Positions 1 through 8,217 of a DNA stretch of 32,144 nt are shown here, piece after piece. The DNA is from Saprolegnia diclina VS20. Its lineage: Eukaryota. The notes under the pieces were generated by a model, which was given only the letters and a program-made list of their open reading frames with translations, ran no database searches and had not been told where the DNA came from. Each line of letters opens with the position of its first letter. Positions within the stretch are counted from its first letter, which is position 1. The DNA is taken from NCBI RefSeq assembly GCF_000281045.1, contig NW_008246084.1:263695-295838 (forward strand), read 5' to 3'. The translations under genes were made by a program, and so were the position numbers.

Positions 1-819
1 TCTGTGCCTGGCGCGCGAATTGCAATAGAAACCTGCAATGCGAACGTAACATCCAGATACGATTCTAATGGCGAGTACCCTTTAGGATGTGATAACACTT
101 TGTGCCTTTTAAAATCGAAGAGGAGAAGGAAAAAGGAAGAGGGAAGTTCGTCGCCCGAAAGGCGCGATCAATGGCTGCTTCGTTGTCGCGGGCGTCCCAC
201 TGGCAGTGGCACCATCGCGATTCAAGCTCCATTTCATCGCACATACAAAATTCAAGTGTACCTTTTGACTCCAAAAGGCATGACTTGCAATTTGTATACC
301 CGCCCACCTTGGGCAGCTCTTTTTGGCAATCAAATCAGCCAATGCCTGGTCTCGAAATATGGACAAGCCAATGCCTATTCTGCCTGTCGCGTTTTCTAAT
401 AACGTCACGCCATGGGTCAATAATTGATTGACCCATGGTCACGCGTAGTATTGAGGTCCCGCTGCGACCTCGCAGCGGGCCCCAACGATACCAAATGCAT
501 TCGCTACGCCCATACATTGCGCTATCGCGCACATTATCCTGCCACGCTGCCGTGCACTATCGCAAGTGCACACGCCACACTCGGGATTGATCGACGAAGT
601 CGTTACCACACGCACACTCGCGGGTCGGTTAAGTACGCTCTCGCACTTGTAACGTTGTTACAAAATCAACAATCACGAAATGGACCTGCCACTCGTATTT
701 AACCGAATTTGACCGTTCTCGACGCCGGAACACCATGTTGCGACTTCATTTTGCCCTGCCGTGCTATCGCACGGGCCCGGCTACCGCCGCTGCGCTCGTG
801 CCGCGCTTCGCGCAAAAAA

Positions 820-1719
820 NNNNNNNNNNNNNNNNNNNNNNNNNNNNNNNNNNNNNNNNNNNNNNNNNNNNNNNNNNNNNNNNNNNNNNNNNNNNNNNNN
901 NNNNNNNNNNNNNNNNNNNNNNNNNNNNNNNNNNNNNNNNNNNNNNNNNNNNNNNNNNNNNNNNNNNNNNNNNNNNNNNNNNNNNNNNNNNNNNNNNNNN
1001 NNNNNNNNNNNNNNNNNNNNNNNNNNNNNNNNNNNNNNNNNNNNNNNNNNNNNNNNNNNNNNNNNNNNNNNNNNNNNNNNNNNNNNNNNNNNNNNNNNNN
1101 NNNNNNNNNNNNNNNNNNNNNNNNNNNNNNNNNNNNNNNNNNNNNNNNNNNNNNNNNNNNNNNNNNNNNNNNNNNNNNNNNNNNNNNNNNNNNNNNNNNN
1201 NNNNNNNNNNNNNNNNNNNNNNNNNNNNNNNNNNNNNNNNNNNNNNNNNNNNNNNNNNNNNNNNNNNNNNNNNNNNNNNNNNNNNNNNNNNNNNNNNNNN
1301 NNNNNNNNNNNNNNNNNNNNNNNNNNNNNNNNNNNNNNNNNNNNNNNNNNNNNNNNNNNNNNNNNNNNNNNNNNNNNNNNNNNNNNNNNNNNNNNNNNNN
1401 NNNNNNNNNNNNNNNNNNNNNNNNNNNNNNNNNNNNNNNNNNNNNNNNNNNNNNNNNNNNNNNNNNNNNNNNNNNNNNNNNNNNNNNNNNNNNNNNNNNN
1501 NNNNNNNNNNNNNNNNNNNNNNNNNNNNNNNNNNNNNNNNNNNNNNNNNNNNNNNNNNNNNNNNNNNNNNNNNNNNNNNNNNNNNNNNNNNNNNNNNNNN
1601 NNNNNNNNNNNNNNNNNNNNNNNNNNNNNNNNNNNNNNNNNNNNNNNNNNNNNNNNNNNNNNNNNNNNNNNNNNNNNNNNNNNNNNNNNNNNNNNNNNNN
1701 NNNNNNNNNNNNNNNNNNN
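820..1719. other. Assembly gap (900 N)
   Basis: Run of N; ORFs that cross it are artefacts. Confidence 0.99.
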
Positions 1720-1961
1720 GCACGGACGACGACACGGACGACGACACGGACGATGTGGACCCGTCGCTGGTCGCCTTGAGCGGACGGTGCGTCGCCCATC
1801 CCATGTATAATTACGCAAGTCTGCGCGCGATCATTGATGCGATCACACTGGACGAGTTTCCCGGTTTTCCAGAGACCAAGGCGTGCTGTTACGCGGCGCT
1901 GGACGAGTTTGAGCGCGAAGCCACGACCGATCAGAAGCATCCTTGGCGCTTTAACGACTAA
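1720..1961 (+). CDS. 3' part of a paralog of the 3527-4363 gene (5' end hidden in the gap)
   Basis: Encodes ...TDDDTDDDTDDVDPSLVALSGRCVAHPMYNYASLRAIIDAITLDEFPGFPETKACCYAALDEFEREATTDQKHPWRFND*, nearly identical to the C-terminus of 3527-4363 (YASLRAIIDAITLDEFP...EFEREATTDQKHPWRFND*). Confidence 0.8.
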
Positions 1962-2751
1962 GAGCATCTCCAACGCGGCGCCGCTATAGCTAATCTATAA
2001 CTGTCACGCTTGTTATTGCATGTCGCATGGTGTTATAGCGGTGAAAATGTGGTCCACCGCACCGCTATAGTTATGGCTATCGCTAAAAAATCGAGGTCTG
2101 CCGCTATAGGAGGCCTCTATAGCGGTGAAGTTATGCTGCCGCTATAGAGCGTAGACGAGGCAGAAAAGGTAACAGCCAATCGAAACGTCCCGTGGCAGTT
2201 TCCCGCGAGGACGAAGCATGGGTCATGGGCGCGCGCACGGGCAGAGGCGGTCCGAGGACGAGAACAGGCGACTTGCACGGGCGCTGGCCCATGTGAGCCC
2301 TTCGTCGGTCGTCGATACTCAACATCTAAGCCTCAATCCGCCGCGGTCGCGCGTAGCTTGGATGTTGCTTGCCAACACTCTAGGCCTAGCGCTGCGCATA
2401 CATGTATACGTAGGTGGATGTCGTCGTCCATCGGCAGCGCCAGCACTCTTTGCCCCTCCCGGCGCCCGCGCTTCTCCTGCCTGCTCTTCCAGTCCTCACT
2501 CTTTCAGCCACGCTCCTCCGAGCGGCCTTCGCTTCTCTCGATCATGCGCCGAGCGTTCTCTTCCGTGCGCTGCGTTTTTCACTCCCGCTCTAAGCGGCCT
2601 GGTGGGCGCTGTCAGCCAATCCGTAGCGATAGCGATAGCTATAGATTCAACTCCCATTGGAGCACATCGTTTAGCACACCGCTAAAATATGAGAAAGGTC
2701 GGTTATAACGCGTTTAGCTATAGCTATAGCGGTGGCGCGTTGGAGATGCTC
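1962..2751. mobile_element. Non-autonomous PIF/Harbinger (Tourist-like) MITE, 790 bp
   Basis: Left end GAGCATCTCCAACGCGgCgCCGCTATAGCTA versus right end reverse complement GAGCATCTCCAACGCGcCaCCGCTATAGCTA (31 bp, 2 mismatches, first 16 perfect). TAA target-site duplication at 1959-1961 and 2752-2754. Subterminal CCGCTATAG repeats; no transposase ORF. The paralog shows the empty site GACTAATGGC at 4358-4367. Confidence 0.93.
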
Positions 2752-3526
2752 TAATGGCACATGTAATTGTACTCGCTAGTTGTCTTTGGTGTGGATAGGG
2801 CTCGCCAAAACCTCTTCTGGAGGTTACTCCAGCCTTTTTTATGCCGCGCCATCGAACGCGTACCATTTGCTCCTCGCACGCTTGTCAGCTTTCACTTGAA
2901 GCCGTGGAAACCCTTGAGATTACATCGACCACAACCGAGTTATCCAAGATCCTGTGATCTCCACGCCTATAGTGTGAGACCAAAGCGAGTCGAGGCCAAG
3001 CAAGACCCATCGAATCAATTGCGGTACATTATTATGAACGTGTTCCGCGTTATCTTCATTATGACACAAAGACTTCGCATACGTAGCGCTACGCCTGAAT
3101 GCGTGGGAGTTGGCTCCAGCGCTTGGTCGTTGGGAGTGAGCTGCGTACGGAGCGGTACATGCACTACTAATACAGTGGTGCACGACACCATCCGAGAAAT
3201 CATTTTTAATCTAGCATATTGAGAAAATCATTATGTAATCTAGCATATTGTGCGTTCTGGTGCAGTGGGGTTAGGGTTGGACGTCAGACAGTGTGGGACT
3301 ATTTTGGCGCGCAAAATCTTTGCGATCTTGATGTCCATCTGGTGACATATTATTTGATAGAGGTTTTGACATGAAACCATTTAAATATGGCGTGTACAAC
3401 TGCGAAACGACAGAGTTTTTTTTATTTTGACAGCGAAATAAAGATGCAATACGAAGGGTATTCGGTTTTGAGAGGAATCTGCCGATCCCACGGCAAGCGG
3501 CAGTTTCCAAGTTGCAGCCGATCACG

Positions 3527-4363
3527 ATGCTCTCGACCCTCGCGCGGACGACGCGCCTCCGCCCGCTCCTTGGGCGCTGCCTCTCGACCAAGCCTCCCAA
3601 GACGCTCATGATCGCATACGCTACTGCGCAACGCTTCCAGCTCGAAGACGACGCGTCGATCGTCGACGTGCCGACGATGCTCGAGCGCAAGCTCGGGTAC
3701 GTGCCCGTCGTCCACTGCATCCGCGACGCGACCGGCGACACGTTTCAGCGGCCGTTGGCGAAGGACACGGTCGAGATCTTCTTCGACTGCGGGAACAGCG
3801 ACGGCGACGCTCCCAAGGAGACCGAGCTCAACGAGATTGCCGTGACGATTTCGAAGCTGCAGCAAGCTGTCAAAGACGCCAACGCCCGCACCGACGTTGC
3901 CAACGCCCGTACTGACGTCGCCAACGCCCGCGCCGATATATTCAAGACGCTTGCCGCCAACTACAAGGCGCTTGTCGTCGTCGGGGAAGCGCAGAACAAG
4001 ACGTTGAAAGCCGACAACTTCAAGTTCAAGCGCGAGCGCGAGCTCGATGAGCTCGGGGAGTTTGTCGCCAAGTTTCGCACTTTTCGCAAGCAGAAACGCC
4101 AGGGTGGCAAGCCCTCGAAGCTCAAGATGCGCCGCACGAGCAACTCAGACATCGACCCGTCACTGGCTGCCGTGAACGACCAGCGGAACGCTCGCGCCCA
4201 TCCGGTGTACAGCTACGCAAGCCTGCGCGCGATCATTGATGCGATCACACTGGACGAGTTTCCCGACTTCCCCGAGACCAAGGCGAGCTGCGACGCGGCG
4301 CTGGAAGAGTTTGAGCGTGAAGCCACGACCGATCAGAAGCATCCTTGGCGCTTTAACGACTAA
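3527..4363 (+). CDS. Uncharacterised protein: mitochondrial-like presequence, short alpha/beta N-terminal domain, heptad coiled coil (DANART-DVANART-DVANARA), C-terminal RNxxAHP motif
   Basis: Intronless ORF with strong GC3 bias; first ATG at 3527 (MLSTLARTTRLRPLLGRCLST, Arg/Ser/Leu/Thr-rich, no acidic residues); INR-like CAGTTTCCAAGTTGC just upstream; second copy at 1720-1961. Confidence 0.8.
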   Translation: MLSTLARTTRLRPLLGRCLSTKPPKTLMIAYATAQRFQLEDDASIVDVPTMLERKLGYVPVVHCIRDATGDTFQRPLAKDTVEIFFDCGNSDGDAPKETELNEIAVTISKLQQAVKDANARTDVANARTDVANARADIFKTLAANYKALVVVGEAQNKTLKADNFKFKRERELDELGEFVAKFRTFRKQKRQGGKPSKLKMRRTSNSDIDPSLAAVNDQRNARAHPVYSYASLRAIIDAITLDEFPDFPETKASCDAALEEFEREATTDQKHPWRFND

Positions 4364-4619
4364 TGGCCTATTTATTTTGCATTCATTTCCTGGCTTTCGT
4401 CTCGACAGGATACGAGTCGCCCGTAGCTCGACCTCTCAAGGCCTCATTCGTGTCACGCAAGTAGACGTCGCAGCTTTACCAATGATCTCCGATTACGGTG
4501 GTCCATCCCACCATGTAGTGCAAGTAGCGAGATGCACACTCCTGCAACGCCCTCCCAAGAAGACCACCGAATGCATAGTAAGAATCAAAGCGCAGCTGTG
4601 GGCATCCGACTCGTTATCT

Positions 4620-6946
4620 TTAATACGAGGTCGTACTGTAGTTGACGGCTTGGCCAGCGACCAAAGGCGGTTCGACGCGCGTTGCTGTTTGCCGGCGGGC
4701 GTCGATCCACTCCCTAATCACCAACACAAGTTGTCATCTTTTCAACGACGTCGCCAAAGTCGTCGTACCACACGAGCACTTGCTGGCCACGGTGCCTAGT
4801 TTCATACAACATCGTCATTAGCCATCATTTTTGTTGGTTTCAGAACGCACATGACGTGGCGCTCGCGCACGCGAGCATCGCGCTGGACGTGTGCCACAAT
4901 GCTCGTCCAGAGACGCGTGGCTTCGCGCGAGTCGGTGGCGTGGGGGAAGAAGCGCTCGAGAATCTCGCGGCGCAAGCCGTCGACGGCGCCATCGAGCACA
5001 TTGTCGCTCTCCTCGAGGCGCCGGAGTTCGCCGTGCACCGCTTGCAGCATCTTGGTAAACTACATCACGCAACGGTACAGAGCCGGGTCGTCACGACGCG
5101 TTCTACCAGAAGCTTGCGGAACTTGCTCTGCTGGACCTGGCTGTAGAGGTAGAGTGCGCCGAGCGCACCAAAGAAGGTCGATGCGTAGATCTAGAAGGTC
5201 GAGATACACCTATCAAGTCGAGAAAACGCGCGTCGTACGTAGAGGTGCTCGTGCAGCTCCAACACAGTCCAGCAGAGGGCGCTGGCGTCAAGGACCGTCA
5301 ATGCGACTTGCCCGTCGTCTTGAAAGTACCGCGTGCTGCTCTGCGCCGCGAGTTGCGCCGCCGCCTTTGTGTACGCTGCGACAAACGCCACGTCGCTGCT
5401 CTTTTCCCTATTGTATATCTATCAACACAAGCTCCTCTATCAACGAATCGAGACCAGTTGGCTTGGGTGCGGAGGTAGCCGAGCTGCTCGGTCGCACTGA
5501 CAACAATCTGCTGCGAGCTGTCGCTGTTGTCGTTGCCAAAGAGCAGGAGCTCGACCCACGACCCGTTGCAGAACGCTGACGACGCGCGGCGAATGAGAAA
5601 GCTGTCGAGGAGCTCGGCCATCAAGTGGGCGTCTTGGCGCACCTGGTCCGACTCGACGCAGCGCCGTTCGACGAGGACGTACGGCTCGCGGCACGAGTGC
5701 AGTTGGCCGCTGTGGCAGTGGCCAAACTCGGGGCACCGGTGGCAGTGCAGTGACGGCAGCGACGACATGTCGTCTGCACTTTCCGAGTCGCACATGGGCA
5801 TCGCGTCCATGTACGCCATCGTCAAGAGGAGGCTGGCCGTGATGGCCATCGCGGCCAGGACGAGCAAAATGACCCACTGCGGGTACGAGTACCCTCGCGG
5901 CAACGACTCGACCTTGAGGTACGTGGGGCGGTGACGCTTGGACGAAGAAGTGGGCTCGTTGGTCGACGGCGTCGATGGTGTCGATGGCGGCTTGGATGGC
6001 GTGGCCGCCGGTCTCGATGGTGCAGTTGCCGGTGTCCGCGGCGTGTCAACAGACGACAGTGGTGTTTGCGTCGCAGCGGAGGGGCGGCGAGGCGTGGCCG
6101 GACGATGATGCGTCGGCGGGAATGGCCGCGTCGGCGTTGGCAGTGACTGGCGGGCGGGTGTGTTTGGGACGAGGCGACGGCTGAGCGGTGGCAGCGAGTT
6201 ATCGTCATCGTCGTCCTCGCTGTCGTCATCGAGGACCGAGCGAGGTCGCCGCGCCTTGACGCCCGAGTGGGTAAACAGCACGGTCTTGATCTCGTCCCCT
6301 TCGACGTACTTGGATTTCGACTTGAGCTTCCACGGCTCGGACGTGCTCTCGGTCGGCGACTGCAGCGCCTTCGTGGGCGTTGTAAGGTCAAACCGCGACG
6401 GCGTGGTCTCGATGGGCGTCGAGAAGCGCCGCGACGGCGTCGCGAGCGACGAGCCAGGCGCTTTCACCGGCGTTGCGTACGCCTATGTACGTCCATCTGC
6501 CCTGTTCAACATGAATCGAATGGACGTACGACGTTGGGAAGCTTGCGCCCCGAGTTGTTGCTGTAGTAGCACGGAAACGAGCAGTACGCGGCGCCGATGG
6601 AAAAGGACTCGAGGTTCACGCCACGCGCGATCGCTGTGGCGCACGCGAGGTGGAGCTTGTTGTTGCAGACAACGCAGGTAGCGTCGACCTTGTCGTCGAC
6701 CACGTTGCACAGCGCACACGCGCCCCACGCCTTGGTGCGCTTCATAGGCGTCGCAAGCTTTGGCATCTTGGACGGCGTCTCGGCCGCTTTGGCCGGCGTC
6801 GCCATTTGCTTGCGCTTGGGCGGGATCTGGAGCTTCTTCGCCGAGAGGGCCGGCGCCGGCGGGGCGCGTTTGGCGATCACCGACTCGACGCGCTGCGTCT
6901 GCGCGGCCTTGGCGGCCTCGCGGGCTTTGGCCAAGCTCGACGACAT
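4620..6946 (-). CDS. MAN1/Src1 (MSC-domain) inner nuclear membrane protein with N-terminal C4HC3 (PHD-like) finger; multi-exon
   Basis: Exons joined by eye. Intron 6483-6529 links ...KLPNV to AYATPVKAPG. TM1 WVILLVLAAMAITASLLL; luminal Cys pattern CHRCPEFGHC...C...C; TM2 IYASTFFGALGALYLYSQV; winged-helix tail LWTSIVAHVQRDARVRERHVMHRGQQVLVWEWID (VWEW is typical of MAN1/Src1 C-termini); stop TAA at 4620-4622. Confidence 0.85.
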
Positions 6947-7004
6947 CGTCTGTGGGAGAGGCCGGAAACACGCAATACAAAACGATGGATTGGGCGGGCC
7001 GCCT

Positions 7005-7197
7005 TAAATATGGCGCATTTGCCATTTTTGCCACAATTACGGCCCAACGGCATGCCATTTTTGCCATTTTTACAGCTCGTTAAGATGGCGCGATGCCACA
7101 TTTGCCACAATTAAAAGCCATTGCGTGCCATATTTTACGGCTCCACCAGCACTGTAAATGTGGCGTTTTTCCATATTTACCACATCTATCTGCCACT
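7005..7197. repeat. Cluster of TGCCA(T/C) motifs upstream of the MAN1-like gene
   Basis: TGCCA at 7020, 7029, 7053, 7062, 7094, 7103, 7126 and 7191; three pairs spaced exactly 9 bp; TTTGCCACAATTA occurs twice. Confidence 0.7.
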
Positions 7198-8187
7198 CCG
7201 CAGGCGTTTCGGCGGTGTGTCCTGGACGGACCTGCGAGTCGCCGCTAATTCGCACGCATAGGTATCTAGTAGCAGGGTTTGCGCCACTCTCCAAGGGCAG
7301 TCGTCAACGTATTTGTAGGGTAGAGCAAGCTGGTAAAGCAATCTGGCACTGTACAAGCAGCGTGCTCTTGACGCTTGGTGGTGAGGATGTGCAGCCCACT
7401 GCCACGAGCTTCAATCTCTCGCAGCTGCCATGTCCATGGCCTTGCCGTCACGGGCAAGCTGCTTCAGTACCTCTACCGCATGCCTTTCGTTCTCTCACGC
7501 CCCCTTCCGTACCTCTCGGCACCCCGTCCATGATACTTCCGCGCCTGCCGCCGCGGTACTCGATGCTGGAACTGTCCGGGCTCTTTATGGGTTCGATTTG
7601 CATTCTCCAGTGCTTGCGAATGGTTGGAGAAGCTCCAAGACGGCGCTTCAAGCATGTCGCACGCCCTCGGACTGCGCGACGCCGGCTACTGCTTCAATGA
7701 ATCGTGCTTCAGATTTGACCCACCTCGTCGCCACCCGTATACAAACTTGCTATCACCCACTGGCACCAAGTGCCGCATGGATGACGGACACTGCGACAAC
7801 CGTAGGACCTCATGCACCTTCATTATACAAACCCACTCTGTTCTGCTCCACGACGAGCCAAAACGCGGAAGAGGAGCTTCTGGCGTCGTTGCACAGCATA
7901 ATATGTGACCTTCCACTGCCTTCACGTGAGCAATGCAGCCAAGGACGCAGGCAACCGCCCAATCAAACGCTGCGGCCACCTCCAACGGATCTTACTTGGC
8001 GCTCATTGGCGCCTGGCCACGTGCCCACGTCAAAGCGTCTCCAAGTTGCTTTGCAAAGCAGGCTGCACTTTCTGCGCGCTCGTCCGTCCGTCCATTTCAA
8101 GTGCACTTTCGCGAAGCGAGTACTGTAGGACTCTATAGCACCTTGTGTAACACGCTCCGATTTGGCTCGAGCCCTGGTTGCCGTGAA

Positions 8188-8206
8188 GCTCACTTTTGAT
8201 TTCGCC
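8188..8206 (+). promoter_or_regulatory. Oomycete-type initiator/flanking promoter region (INR+FPR) element
   Basis: GCTCACTTTTGATTTCGCC, about 30 nt before the ATG at 8218, resembles the oomycete GCTCAYTYNNNAWTTT core promoter. Confidence 0.55.
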
Positions 8207-8217
8207 GCTTGCGACGC

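Noticed and set aside
1..400. Several 80-130-aa ORFs
   Set aside because: No recognisable motifs or host-like codon bias; cannot be assigned.
699..1973. Long ORFs spanning the N run
   Set aside because: Artefacts of translating through the gap; only the 1720-1961 frame has support.
3194..3250. About 28-bp imperfect tandem duplication (GAGAAATCATT...TAATCTAGCATATT)
   Set aside because: Only two copies; ordinary slippage in AT-rich intergenic DNA.
7430..8128. 232-aa ORF upstream of the MCO-ZIP gene
   Set aside because: Weak codon bias and no motif; it may be a lineage-specific gene but is not supportable from sequence alone.
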